In this document: positions 14,311-31,000 of the stretch, piece after piece
How the letters are laid out: each line of letters starts with the position of its first letter
How positions within the stretch are numbered: the stretch's first letter is position 1
Assembly (NCBI GenBank): GCA_039096225.1
Contig: JBBPEB010000027.1
Coordinates: 372,001-436,000 of the forward strand
Direction: 5' to 3'
Source of the DNA: Blastocystis sp. Blastoise
Taxonomy: Eukaryota > Protista > Bigyra: Opalinata
DNA length: 64,000 bases
Made by a program: the position numbers and the translations under genes
Notes under the pieces: generated by a model
Databases searched by the model: none
Told to the model about the DNA's origin: nothing
What the model saw: the letters and a program-made list of their open reading frames with translations, nothing else

Positions 14311-15931
14311 AGACATATAAATCTCATAAAATTACTCTATAAATAAAAGAGCAAAAACTCAAGCTTATTCTGGAAGCTTCATGTCACTCAGTTTTTCTCT
14401 GATTTATATCTTTGAATAAATGGCTTTCTTTGTTAATTTTGAGATATACTGATGTGTTTATTATGTTTAAATGAGCATAGAAAAACTATAAGATCTTTTT
14501 TTTATATGACAATTAAAAGTATTTTATGTCGCTATTAAATGGACTTGGTAAGATCACTGGAGTGACGAAGAATAAGATTATGAAAAAATATAATAAAAAT
14601 AGAAATATTATCTTTATAAATAAATTAATTCTGAAATTGTGTAGTTTCTTGTTTTATGAGAATAATGGTGATTCTATTTTGACTTCATTCATAGTTGTAT
14701 TTGAAGTGTATTTACTATGTTATAATAATAAAGAAAATTTTTGGATTCTTTTTAAATTATTTTCTTTTTTTGTATAACAAAAAAATAAATGAATATAAAA
14801 GTATTGTAATATTTTAATGATATTATTTAGTAGAGTTGAATTTCATATAATTGAAAAATTAATGAATTATATTGACTGACATGCATGATAAAGGAACAAA
14901 ATATTTTTTTTATTAGAGTATATATATATTATTATTATTATTATTTTCTTCATATTGATAATATATATATATATATATATTATTTATTTCTTTATAATAC
15001 TTTTAATCTTATATATTTTTAACATTAATTTAACGTATATACATATATATTAGTTCTTTTTAATATAAATCAAGTATGAATTTATATTATTTCGGTAAAT
15101 ACGTTATTTCATACTATTCTAATCAATTCTATCTATAATATATTAGCTAAGAACTAGGTATAACATATTTTTATACTAATAAGACTATTTTTAATTATAA
15201 TAATTGAAGAATATGATGAATATTAATATACATTCTTTTTGACAAGAATAAATTCATTATTCTTTTCCTAGAATAACTAATATGCATTTTTTCATAGTTG
15301 AGATAATAAAATTTATCATAAAAATAGCAAAAATTTCTTTTACAAGAAATATATCAGGAAAATTAAAAAATTTGTAATCCACTATATATCTTTCATATGA
15401 GTATTTGATATTCATGTAAATCATCAAATGTTATACATATTAGACCAATTTCAATGATTCAAACCAATTAAAATCTTAGGAATTTTCAAGAATTCTTTCT
15501 TCAACAAGTAAAATAGAGTTCAATTGATTAGTAAAACTTTCTAAAGATCTTCTATACACGAATAAATATGCTTTTACATAAAATATCAACATTTAATTTG
15601 ATTTAAATAGAAGAATATACTCAATTACAAAGAGAAAACATTATTTCTTTAACCGAGATAATATAAATAATTTAAAAATAGTCTATTTTTCATGAAATTT
15701 GGTTAAGTGGCAACTAATTATATAAAAAAAATGATATTTTGTGCAAGTTTTAAAATAATCTTTTTTTTATTAAAATTACGGGAAACTCTTTTATCTTCTC
15801 ACAAAAAACATTATTATTTATGAGAACAATATTCCTCTTAAACAATTTTTTTTATTCTCCTTTATGTATACTAATTTTTCATAATACTCTTCTATGATAT
15901 TAGAATATTAAACAACAGAAGGATTACACAA

Positions 15932-16990
<1,059 letters not shown>

Positions 16991-17895
16991 ATAAACAAAA
17001 AAGGATTCATTATGTTTTTAACAAAAATAAGCGTTTTATTATTGTATAATCATCAGAGAGAATTCATTATATTATAAATTCATCTTTTTAACTTATATTT
17101 ATTTTGATATTTCTTTAATTTCATTTATTTTATAGTTTGTTATAATTTGCATTGAAATTATTATTCTATTTTTATAATTATTATTATTGATTCTTATCAA
17201 CAAATTTTTATTATGTATATAATATATATTTCAAAAACATAAACACAGTTTTATATATTTTGAAATCTTAAACTAATTGAACAAATAGTAAAAACATAAC
17301 AATAACCATTTCAATATATATAAAAGTCATACTATATTTAAATAAATATCTAGTCAATTATTTATGTATAATTTATTATATAAGTTTACTTATATATAGT
17401 ATATCCTTTTGGTTAATATTTTAAACAATAAAAATATTTCATTTATTTGTAAATATATTCATAATCCAATTTATCCACCTAATAGTAAGAAAAGTATGTT
17501 TAGTATAAAAAATTTATTATTATTTGTTAAATTGGCTGTCTTATTTTTTATTATGAATAAAATACTATGTATTATATACTTAACTCGATTGAATATATAT
17601 AAAACATTATGATGATAACAAATTATATTAATATAGATAAAATACATATATAATTTATTTATTTATAAATATTGTATTATATATGAATAACAGTATATAA
17701 GAATATAAAGAATAATTAAATAAAATGAATAAATAAAAAATAATTAATAATATAGTTTGTAAAATAAAACAAAATACTAATTAACTTTTAAATAGGGTTA
17801 ATAATACTATATATGAAAACAAAAATAATTAAAAATAATTTTTTAAATGTATATTTATATATAATTTATTTATAGATAAAATAATTATATATTTC

Positions 17896-20411
17896 TTATT
17901 GACTTGTAAATACTTCAAAATCAATTAAAAAAAATTCATTTCTTTTATCAGGTTGATTAGTATTAACAAAGAAGCTATTTCCTAATTTAGGATAAGGAGA
18001 AACATATATTAGTTTTTTTTTACAGAGTAAATCTATTCTACCATTTGTAAATCGATCTTTATCAATTTGAGATTGTAAATATATACCACAACGAAATGTG
18101 AGTTCTAATATTGAATCATTACTAAGTAATGCACTATGTGTATATTTAGGATTAATATTTAATTTCGTATAATTATGTCCATGAGGATTTATTAATGAAA
18201 ATAAAAATGCTTTTGAATCTGCTCTATATCTCATACCTTCTATATATTATATATAAATAGTAGTTTATTCAATAAATATACTTTTAAGTGGTTTTTCCAT
18301 ATCTGTATGATTCTTTCCCCAACCAACACTAGTATATCCTCCAAATATATATGATTGACCATCTTTTCCTTTTCCGTGTATAATCACTAATGATTCTTTT
18401 TCATCACATTTGTCATGCCATTTCTTTACACTTCTATTCTCATCAGAACATCTATATAGAATAATATATAATTATAAAAAATATTTAAATTATATATAAT
18501 ATTACCTATATAATAATTTCCATTCTTTATTTCCTTCAAACCATTTACTTAACTCGATACCCATTTCTTCATTAATAAGAATTGAGTTTGGTAAATATAA
18601 ATCAGGATTTGGTATTAATCCATATACTTCATATTCATCAACAGTAAACCTATTAGGCTTATCTGGTCCAGCTGTATTTACAAATAATGATGTACATTGA
18701 GGAGTATTATGATGAGCATAATGGAAAATATATCCATTAATATAACTATTATTATTATTACAATCAACGCAAATACGCATATCCATAAAATGAGGACCAT
18801 ATTTCTTCTACAAAATAATGCACAATCATGTTCTAATATATCATATTTAGTAGGAGGAATATCATGTTCATTACTTAAAGTAAATAAGAAAGATCCACTG
18901 TCATATTTCAAACCTATATTGTATTATACTATTAAATAATAAATATATATATACAATCATCACTTTGAGATTCCCAATATTGAGTAGTATATCCTCCAAA
19001 TATATTGATCTTATTATCATGACCTATATGCTTAATAATAGTCACAGTAGGACATTTAGTATCACAATATTTATGAAATTCACTTGCTTTATATTTATGC
19101 TCACTTGCTCTATATATAACATAAATAATAATAATAATAGTATACATACCTAAATAACAATTTCCATTGCTTTTCTTTACCAAGCCATTCATTAAGAATA
19201 TATATATAGTTACTATTTCCATTCAAAATATTACTATCCATAAAATTTATACTTTTAGTGATAACATAAGGTTTTAATAAATTATTCATTTGATTATGTA
19301 AATTAGAAGATTCTAAAGAATTATTTGTTTTTATTCCATTTGAAGTATAAATATCTTTTGCATTATTATTTGCATTATTATTCACAATTTGGTTTACTTT
19401 ATTAGCAGTAGATTCCGTTTTTTGAATGACATTTACATTATTATTATTTGGTATATTATTATTATTATTTAATATATTATTATTATTATTTGATATATTA
19501 TTATTATTATTTGATATATTATTATTATTATTTGATATATTATTATTATTATTTAATATATTATTATTATTATTTAATACATTATTATTACTTGGTATAT
19601 TATTATTATTACTAAGATTACTAGTATTCTTTTTTATTTCCTTCATATCTTCTTTCAATTGTTTATTATCATTAATAATTTTATTAATATTATCATTTAT
19701 ATCTTTAAATTGATTCATATCTTGTTTAATTATAGATATAGAATTCTTCTGATTATCATTTCCATCTTTAATATATTCAATACTATTTTTTATTCGATTA
19801 ATTTCATTATTTTGTTGTTGAATAACTTTCTTCAATTCATCATTATCATTCGAGAGTTTCTGAACTTTATTTATTATTTCATCATTTTTATTTCTTAACT
19901 GAATATTATCTTTAGTTAATTGATCCAATTTTAATAGTACTTGAGACATGTTACTTGTTAAAGAATCCATTTTATTGTCTATATTCATTGCCTCTTTTCG
20001 TGTATACGTTATATCATCAATAGGACCATTAGAATCATCATTATCATCAGAAAAAGTATTCAATTTATTAATTAATTGATCCGGAGCTTCTACTAGATAA
20101 TAATCAAAGTCATCTTTCAATTCTTCAAGTTCTTTCTTTGATTTTAAATCAAGATAAATTGGTCTTCCATTCATATATTCAATAATCAAATCTAAATTTC
20201 GATCGTTTTTTCCTATATATACAGCATTCTTAGTAGGAATAACTGAAGTTAGCCAGGATTGATAAAAGAAACTATCATTCCAAAGAATCTTAAGTCTATC
20301 CACAGAAAGACTACAACGTAATTTATCGTTATCACCAAAGAAAACAACATAACCTTCATCAGTTAAAGAAGAATTAGCAACCAATTTCTCTTTCTCAAGA
20401 TCACGAACCAT
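17896..20411 (-). CDS. BTB-like + coiled-coil + Asn-rich linker + two tandem TLDc domains
   Basis: 5 exons. TLDc motifs WKLLFR|ASEHKYKASEFHKYCDTK..TVTII....IFGGYT..W|..SFLFTL...DEYEVY, and a second copy WKLLYR|CSDE...WHDKCD...IFGGYT..|FLFSLINPH...DFEVF. N-terminal YIGKNDRNLDLIIEYMNG is BTB-like. Confidence 0.85.
19437..19612 (-). repeat. Coding 21-bp tandem repeat encoding (NNNNNI[S/L/P])n
   Basis: Seen in ORF 19110-20411: NNNNNISNNNNNISNNNNNISNNNNNIL... Confidence 0.9.
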
Positions 20412-22389
20412 CTTTTAATTTATTCATTTATGTTAAAAAAAAATAAAACATTTGATTGTTTGTGAAATTATAGAAAATAAGTGGAGAATTTTATTATTTT
20501 CTCGTTTTTATTTCAGTTTTTTTTCAGTTTTTTTTTAATTTTTTATTATAATAATGATAATTTTTTAGATTTATATCAAATATGATATGACTTGATTATT
20601 GTAATTATATAAAATAAATAAATTTCCGAATTATCAACATAAATTGGGTTATGGAAAGCAATTGTTTGTATATAAATCAATTTTTAATATGTATTTATTG
20701 ATATAGGGTACTATTGAATTATTTTATAAAATATAAAAACTCATTATTAATATTAAATATTAAATTTGTGATTTTTTTTACCGAATAAAAGATATGTATT
20801 TGCATTCAAATAGCTATAACAACACTGTGAATGAATTCCATAAAAAAAGAAGAATGGATTAGGCTATATAAAGAGAATATTTTTTTTCTTTTGGCATAGA
20901 AGTTAGTTAATGTTTTTAAGCTATATGGATTAGTGAAACTAAAAGAAATAGTGTTGTTTCATGTAAATACAAAAAAATATTTTATCATCAAGAAATAACT
21001 CAATAATAGGTCATAATATTTATAATTATAACTATTTTTTTGGATGCTTATTATTAACGTTATTTACAAGTATATTCTATAATTGTTGTAGAATAGATCG
21101 TTCGTTGTTATCTTCTTTTCATTGATTGATTTAAATAGTCTATTTGATGTTCATTTTTTATATAAAAGACTTTGTAAGTAAAACAATATTTTTTATTTTC
21201 GTATCACATACTTCATTTATATTTTGACTGATAATCTTTTTATTTTACTATGTATACATTTTTGTTTATATTTATAAGATATTTGTAAACTCTTATTTGA
21301 TATTATTATTTCTATTGATATGATTTTTATCCTTTTCTTGTAATTATTAACATTTCCTGAAGAATCTAATAAGCTATTTGTTATTATATATTATATTTAA
21401 TATATATATATCTAATTACCCAATAGTATCTTTTCTATAGTCTCCTCATATAATTATCTCCCTTTTATTCTATTTCCTACTTATTCTTACTCTTCCAATT
21501 CGATTAAACAATATTTAATTCTATGTTTCATATAATAATTTATTATATATTTTCTACTAATCATAATCATGATTATTAGTTATTTATTATCAATGTATAT
21601 TGTTTAAATTTCATTAATATAGTAATAAATACTATATATAAATAACTAAGAATTAATTTATTATACATGTATTTTATAATTCTTATGAATAATTAATATT
21701 ATAGAATTATTTATTGTAAAGTAATAATAAAAGAATTGAATCATAAATGTTTCAAAAAACTTGTTATCAACATTTTTAATTCATTTAATAAAATAGTTTC
21801 ACTATTATATCTATTTAATTATTTATAAAAAATGAAACCATTCTATAAACATGAAACAAATATTAATGAATTTACAAAGCTATATATATCTCATATATCT
21901 TTTTGTCACTTATTGTGAAACTGCTAAAATTTATTTTTTATATAATTAAACTACAAATAAAGTTATAAAATTGCTACAAAAAAAATCTTATTAATTCTTT
22001 CAATATATTAAGATAAATAGATCTCAAAAAAATTTGTCTTTATTATTATAAAAAAACTATATATTATAAAAATAATTATAGTTATCCATATATAGGAGAT
22101 CATTGTCATAATAATAATTCTGTAGAAATATTTATCTATTTATTTTTAACTAAATAATTAAAAAAAATAATAATCAATTCATAATATTCACAAATAATAC
22201 TTTATAATATTTTTATACTATAATTGTTGCCATTAATTACATTATATTTAGTCACAACTTCTTCAAAAACAAAAAGAATAATTCTTTATATATAGAATTA
22301 ATAAAAACATTAAAAATAAATAAAAAAAATATAATTAAATATAACAGTATAAAGAATAAAAACATATATATAGAAAGGAATGCATATAC

Positions 22390-24367
22390 TTAGTCAAATA
22401 AACAATTCACATGGTTTTCCTGAATAAATGCGGAATCCTTTAATTGTTGTTTATTAGTTTTAATTTGTTTATATGAAATATCACCTATATAATATATAAT
22501 TAATATATATAACTATATATATATATACAGATAAAAGAAATATATTTCAATTTAGGAAATTTTCCAGTAATAATAAATTTGATAAGTTTTGATAATTGTT
22601 CCTCATCATAAATATCTATAAAAAAAGAAATTTCATAAAAATATAATTATTAATATACATAAATCTAAACTTTTTATATTTTGAGTTTTATTTTCATTTA
22701 TACACTCAAATAACGTTTCTATCTCATATTTATTCATCTTTTTTTCTAAATTAAAGTATACCACTTTTTATATGATATATATATACCTTTATTACTAATA
22801 ATTGTATTCATAAATGAATTAGTATCATATTTACATCGAAAAATAGAAGTATTAGGGTCATAAATATAGTCATTGTTTGATAAGCGATCACAGATATCAC
22901 TTAATTGGACAATACTTGAGGATGGAAAGTTATTATTATTCATATATGTACAAATTGCTTTAATAAAAGAACCCAACAATTCTCTATTATTATATTTATC
23001 TATATATACATGCATTATTTAATAGAAATAATTATTAAATAATAAAGAAAAATGTATATAAAACTATATATATTTTGTTTACATAATAATATTATTATAT
23101 ACCAAGCCCAATAGATTTTAATTTAGGGAAATTTTCTGTGGTATATATTTCATAAAAGCTATCATCAGGTATATCATTAATTACTAGATTCATATTAATA
23201 TAAAAATAGGAAGAAATAATTATAATTTAATGGAAACAAAATATATTAAATAAATAATATATATATATATACCTAGATTTAATTGAGTTGTATTAAGGAA
23301 ACAACCCTTGCTAATTAGTCGGTTTATAAAAGTCATAGTACAACCTAATAATAATAGTTAAAATTAAATAAATATTATTAATCATAAAATAATTATATAT
23401 ATAAATAATTACATTTTATTGTAACAATAGAAGCCTTAGGAATTAATTTGCTTATTATATTTTCATATCCGGTTAAATATTCAGATGATGAGTTTTCATT
23501 GATAAGTAAGTCAATCCTTAATTTATGAATAGTTTTAAACTTATTGTCATTAAAGAGAGTTGATATCCAATTTAAATATTCCATACTAATATTCTTATGA
23601 AATGAAACATCTAAATCATTCAAATGTTCTACTATATTACTCTTTAAGAATCTTTCTAATAAATTTCCTTTATCAATTTTATTTGGATTCCCATCTATAA
23701 ATGAATATATATTAGTATTAATACTGTGTACTAATAATATATCTATTATATATTAGTGAATACTTTCAAAATTTATATCTAAACTATCAATATTTTGCTT
23801 ATAATTTTCAAAACAATCTAATTTTTTAATAGTGTCAGAATTGGAATAACCAACTTTATATAATATAAGATATATTATATAAAATAATAAAATTAAAGAA
23901 CAAAGAATATATAGAATACTAGAAAGTTTATGAAAGGAAACAAGATTTTTCCTTAATAATTCTTTTACATGGGAAAAAGAATAAATATAATCATCTATAT
24001 AAAAAAATATAAATATAACTAATTAAATAGATTGTATCATAATCTTAAATATATCATATAATACATATATTATACATATATATATATATATATATACCTA
24101 TTCCATCAATATGAATTGAATGAGTATAAGCTAAATCATCTAATAGAAGAGCTATTTCCTCATTTTGAGAGGTAACTATTTTTTTTATTCGAATAGTATC
24201 AATCATAGATATTAAATTCACTGGAAATATAGACTTAAAATTTTCAGTAGCTATATTTAAAATAAATAGTTTATTTATTAATAAATTAATATACTTATTA
24301 AAATTTTATAATTGATTATATGTAATTTTGGGAAACATTCTTTATTTATTAAAGATAATTTGAAAGT

Positions 24368-24406
<39 letters not shown>

Positions 24407-24659
24407 ATCATTATCATCATCATAGATGAGTTCAGTAACATTTGGAAATACATGAGTTGTCATTACTTTGTTAAATAAATTCTTATCAATTTTATTTGTT
24501 AATAGTTTAACTATACAGAATTATAATACTTATAATAATAATTCAAAATGAAAATACTCGTGTTAATACTTAATGTAGTTAAAGAATCAAAAATACCTTC
24601 TTCAAATAATTTCATAAAGAAAATAGGATCAATTTGATCATATAAATCTAAAATAAATT

Positions 24660-24700
<41 letters not shown>

Positions 24701-25972
24701 TCCTCAAAAATGATTTTTGAAGTACACATATAGGAAGTCAGACATAATAATTGAGATATACCATGCTTAGTGTATACTTTATCAATAATAAATGTTTTAT
24801 CATTTGTTTTATCATCATATTCAATTTTGATTATATCTTTTAATGTATATTCATCTTCTGTTTTACTTATTTCTACTTTTGAATAATCATTTGTATACAT
24901 AGCTTCATTAACTAAATATTTATATAATTTTGGTATTTCATTTTTTTCTCTTCTTTTAGCAATAGTGTCAATCAAATTATGTGAATAATATAATTTATTA
25001 GGATCTAAAGAAGAAATCTTATTATATTTTTTCATCTCTGATTCAGTATAACATTCATATTCTTCAGAATATTCTATTTCATAATCATTTATACTAAATA
25101 AGCGATTATATTCCATTATATATTCATCACTATTTAGATTTAATAATTGATCAGTTTTCTTATAATGCATATTTACTATATAATAGATATATTAATACTA
25201 ATTATATATATTTAAATACCAGTTATCTTTAATTCTTTTAATGAAGGGAATATATCTTTAATACACGATGGACATATATATTCTAATGGAATATTTGATG
25301 CATAATCATCTATATATATTATTATTTATACTATATATAATATATAATAAATTTACATCTAATTTCAACTTTAGTAACATTCATCATTTTAAAAAGAAGA
25401 GAATAATATAATAATTCTTCTTTTCTTTTTGGCGTAAATAAGTCTATAAATATATAATATAAATATATATACATACTATTCACACGTATCTCCTTCTCTT
25501 TTAAATTGTACAATTCCATAGGCATACGTGATTCGATGTCTTTACAATAATATCCAGCTACATCAAAAAAATTGTCTTCTAAATATTCATAGAATAATTC
25601 TTTAACATGAAATAATAAATCACTTTGAATCTCTTTATCAAGTGTAACTGAGTATTCAACAAGTGTTTCATATATATCATAACTATCTTTCAAATTTAAA
25701 GAAGAAATATCTATGTTTTCTTCCATCAAAAAATCAATTACTTTGTTCATGCTGAATGAAGGCATATCTATATAATAGCTACCATCCTCATATTTTTCAG
25801 AGTGTTTAATGATATCCTGGAAAGGAAATTGTTGATACTTATCAATAAATTCTTTTGAAATCCATAATTGTGTCTCATCTTGGAAAGTAAATAAATCTAA
25901 AAAATGATTAAGTTATTGTTAACCATATTCAATACATTTAGCTTCAGTTAACTGAAATTCTGTAGTAGACAT
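22390..25972 (-). CDS. Multi-exon BTB-like + FPxL LRR-like protein, copy 2 (complete)
   Basis: ATG 25972 (MSTTEFQLTEAK|YLFTFQDETQLWISKEF). Many short exons including ORFs 25331-25765, 24658-25170, 24278-24463, 23393-23623 and 22746-23015. Last exon ends ENHVNCLFD* at 22390. Exon 25219-25294 is nucleotide-identical to 1602-1677. Confidence 0.8.
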
Positions 25973-28021
25973 TACTTGAATTTTATGATAACTACAAATA
26001 TAATATATTGATATTCTTTAAGTATACATCTTTATATAAACAACTAATAAATACTTTAAGAATTGTTGTAATAAATTATAAAATAGAATTATTAAAATGA
26101 AAAAGAACTAGCTTTAAAAAGAAGTAGTATTCATGAAAATTTAAATAAATGACTCAATAAGTTGAGAGTTTTCACGGTTTTGATTCAATCATTTTCAGAT
26201 AAACTTATTTGAGATTCATGAAGACTTCAGAAAGAACATATTATTCACTTTTTCAAAGCATATTATTTGTATTCACTTAAAATGAAATTCTCTTTATATT
26301 TTTACGACGGTCCTGAATATATCTCTATTCAATAAAATGAAAAATAACTATCATTATCTCAATCAAAACATTAAAATGGAGTATATACTTTGTTTAAATT
26401 ATTAATATTAATTAGAAAGGTGTTACTGCTATCAGATCATTAATTATTCTTTCAAATATCATATTTTAAAAAATCAAATTAATAAAAATCAATAGTACTT
26501 GTCTTAGAGTATCATTTAGATCCCTATTGAAATGTGAAACATAGTTCTATATATGAAATGATTATCAAAGGAACATCATTCATATATTTTAATAAAAAAT
26601 CACATTAAATATATCTGCTTTCTTCAACAAATCTTATTATTATGTTAAACATTATCTACTTTTTTCTTTATCAAAACTAAATTTGTTAATTAGCGTTATC
26701 TGCGCTTAAATCCTTATATTAAATGAAATATATATTGAGATATAGATATTATTTGTAGTGTTAATAGGTATATTATTAAATACATTCTTATATACAATTA
26801 TAAAGATATTCAAAGTTTTTAATATATAATTTATTTCTAAAAATCTACTTATTTAACTCTTTCTCAAGTATATTATCATTAAAAGAAAAATATATTTTAT
26901 TAATATTTTTTTAAAAATACATTATATTACATTATATATAATAATTATTTATGAACTATATGTTATATAAGTATATATGGATACTTTTTAAAATATGTAA
27001 ATAAACTATTAATACTACTATTAATTATAATATATTTTTAACTTAACAAAATAATAAAACAAAATATTTACTCTCTATATCCATATAATAAAAGCTATAA
27101 ATAAAAATATAGACAATAAAAAAAATAACTACACTTTCTTTAACAATATTATTTTAGCTTTAAAAAGAATTATTACTTTAATTAGTGTAAAATATTTTGC
27201 AAATCTTTTAAAAACACAATTAAATTTATTTATTACTTTCATTTTAATTATTCATAAGATATTACTATCATAAAAGTATACACTTAAACCAACAAAACAA
27301 AATAGTGGAGTGATTCTCGAACAATAAAAATGGATAGATATATATATTAAAAAAGAAAAGAAATATAAGTTAAGTATCAATATCAAGAATTCTATGAATA
27401 AAAAATTTGATAGAATTATATTTTGAGTAATAAGAGAAAATATATCAAGAAATAAAAAACATGATATATCTATAGTATTTGGGGAATAATAAAAAAATAT
27501 ATTATAATAATAATATTATTAATTCTAAAGTGTTTCTATATGTACATAAATAATACATAATAATAATAGATAATGATTTGAAGAAAACATATATATAATA
27601 CAAAAGTTAATATATACATATAGTCACAAAATATAAATAAAAATAATAATACCATGAAAATTTAATAAATATAATAATGTAATAAAATCTCTATTTCAAA
27701 TATATATATATATGTTATGAAAGAGAATGAAATATGTATAAAGATATATATATATACTTTTAAGTATAAATAAAAGAGTGTATATGTATTGAAAAGTATT
27801 TATAATCTTTAAATAGAAAAATAAGCGCATTATATAAAAAATATGTATAATACAAAAAATATATATATTAATAATAATAATAATAATAAAAACATTATAA
27901 TAATTTATGGATAGAAATATAATATAAAAATATATATAAATAGAATATAAAAGATATGTAAACAGTATAATTTAAATATATATATATTTAAAGATGGCAA
28001 TACATACTAGCAACACTAGTA

Positions 28022-31000
28022 TTAATTTGATGTTGATAACATAAACTGAGTAGAATCGTATATAAAAGGAATTCTTCTCATTAATTGATTATTTAATACT
28101 TCTTCATTAAAATAATTGGAAACAATGGCTCCTTCAATTAATACTTCATTAGGTATATTAAGTGAATAATAAACAATAAGTTTTTCAGGATTTGAAACTA
28201 AAATAGTATTTCTTAAATGAGAAATAGGAACCTTACTAGATATTAAAATAGATCTATATATAGATATAAATATATCAGGTTGAATCCAAATATTTGGGAA
28301 ATCTTTAAATTCTAATACTAAATTCAAGCTATTTTTATTTATTTCAGTAAATCTAGCAGGAATTAGAATATAATTTAATTGATCTTGTTTACAGAAATAT
28401 GTTGTATATAATTCCTTTTGATTTTCTATTTCCTCTGAAATCATATAATAATAATTTAGTGGAATAGTCACATCTTGATTTGGAAGTTGACAGTAGTCAT
28501 TAGTATTAGATAAAGTGGTATGATTATAAAGAAGAACAGAAGAAGAATTGAATGGAGTATTTGTATAATTAGTAATAGTATTCAGAAATATTTGTCTTTT
28601 AGAAGAAGATGAAGAAGAATATAAATCTCTATTTGAACCATAATATGCATGAAGAAGAGTATTATTAGACTATATATAATATAATATAAAATGAATAATA
28701 AATAATAATATACATCATTATCTGCTATATAATCTGTAGTAAGAAGAAGATCTGTAAGTTGATATGAATAAATATTCACAAATGTTCTTGCTAAAGATAC
28801 TAATAAAGAATAAATATCATCAATAGTTGTCTTTAAGTTCATAGAATAATCTAATGATTCTAAAGCTTTTCCAGGAATAGAAACAGGTCGAGGATCTATA
28901 GAAAATAATAATAAACATATTAATAAACATAATAAACATAATAATAATAAATATTAATATAATAATAAACATAATAATATATAATAAAACATACAACAAC
29001 GATCTTTATGAATATCAGTTGACCAAGTAGGTTCAGATATGTAATCACAATATACTTTATAATAACCGTATTGATTTTCACTAGTACAATTAACGATACC
29101 ATTCTTCAATATATTAGTTTCAGGATATAAATAGGAATCAATAGTACTAGCAGGACAAGTAGCATCATTTGCAACACATTGATTATTAATAGCAATTTCA
29201 TTTTCATTACAAGGAGTACATAAATAATTATTACCATTTAATGAAGTTACATAACCATTTATACATTCTACACATTCATTACCATTATAATATGTAGTAC
29301 CAGTACAAGGAGTAGAACCATTAAATATACATTCACTAGTATTAGGTTCTTCCCATTCACCTTTATAACTACATAATCTAGATTGATCACCTTCATAATA
29401 TTGAGGACAAGAAATAGAAGCAGTAGATTCAGGATTAGTTTGTGGCCAAATATTATCAACTAAACATGGTAAACCTATAACTATCATAGATATTTGAGAT
29501 AAGTCAACAATAGAACCTTCATTATTTGTATAAGAGAGAGTATAAGTAGTTTTAAGAGATGGAATAGTAGGAGTACCATAGATTCTTTGAGATTCAGAAT
29601 CTATAATAATACCATCAGGAAGAGAAGGAGAACTTGTAATAATAGTATCAACAGCATCTATTGTATAATAGTGTTCATAGAAATCATTCTTATTTATAAT
29701 AATATTTGTTTCTTCAAAATACATTTCAGAGGGATTTATTTTTATACATGTTGAATCACCTTCAATTGCTTGTAAATCAGACGTTGTACATAAACGTTTA
29801 GCATTACTGGTATATCCTTTAGGACAAATCTTATAAGAGTATTGATTAATTCTAGCTGCAGACCATTCATTATTTGCACAACCACTAATCTCATTAGTAA
29901 AATAATTTAGGCTATTTAGAATAGTCATGCTTTCACTTTCACTTTCAGATATATTTGGATCTGTTCCACATTTTGTAATTCTCACACGATATGAATTATA
30001 ACATTTATTTAAATATAATTGTTTTTCAATATAGTAGATACTCATTGATAGTTTATCCATTAAAAAAACTTCATCCCATTGTGGACTATTATTATTATTT
30101 CCTTCTATTACAATAGACTCAGGACTATAGGATACACTCATATCATGTTTATAATATATAAAGATCCCGGTTGTTTCTACACATAATTCATCATTATATG
30201 TATACGTAAATGTGGTATTTGAACACTTATTATGTACTATTGTATATGTAGAACTATCAGTATCATACATATAACTTAACGGATATTCAGGATCTACTTC
30301 GCCATTAACAGACCATGAACTAGGTATTGGCGAATCTCTTAGATTAACAAGGTCAATTACTATTGAAAGTCCATTCTTTGGTTGAATAATATTATTATAT
30401 TTATGTATTTCAATAGCAATAATATTATCACCCAGGAGACGTATTCTTGGATCAACAAAAGCACTGGTAATAGTTCTATATGATTTATATTCACTATATT
30501 CAGCAGTAGCTAATGTATTATATTCAATATTATCACCATCATTCATATTTACTCTTCTTACTTCATAACCATTTATATATATGATCATACCAGCATAGGT
30601 AGATACAGTTATATCGAATTGATAACTGTAAAGTAATATTTCTTCTATAGTATAATGTATTCTATAATATTGAGTAATACTATCACTAGGAACATCAGGA
30701 AGAGTAGAAGTAGAAGGAACAGTAGACCATAGATTATCATTAAATAAATTAGTAGTCCAATGCTTAGGAGGAGTTACATTATCATAAGAATAAGCAACAG
30801 ACATCTTAGATGCATCAGCATATTGAGTGAAAAAGAAACTAACTTCATTAGTCTGATCAAATTGACTATAATAATAATTATTAACATATACATGGGATAA
30901 TGAACTAGACACTCCTTTAATAATAGACATAGTTAAGGTATATTTTGATGGAAATAGACATAAATTATAGTCTTCTGAACTTTCTTCATAAATATGATAT

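Noticed and set aside
19426-19898. Antisense or alternative-frame ORFs (also 38131-38355, 44185-44394, 46477-46704, 47374-47610, 49677-49871, 50948-51187, 55768-55962)
   Set aside because: They are shadows of real exons caused by repeats and codon bias.
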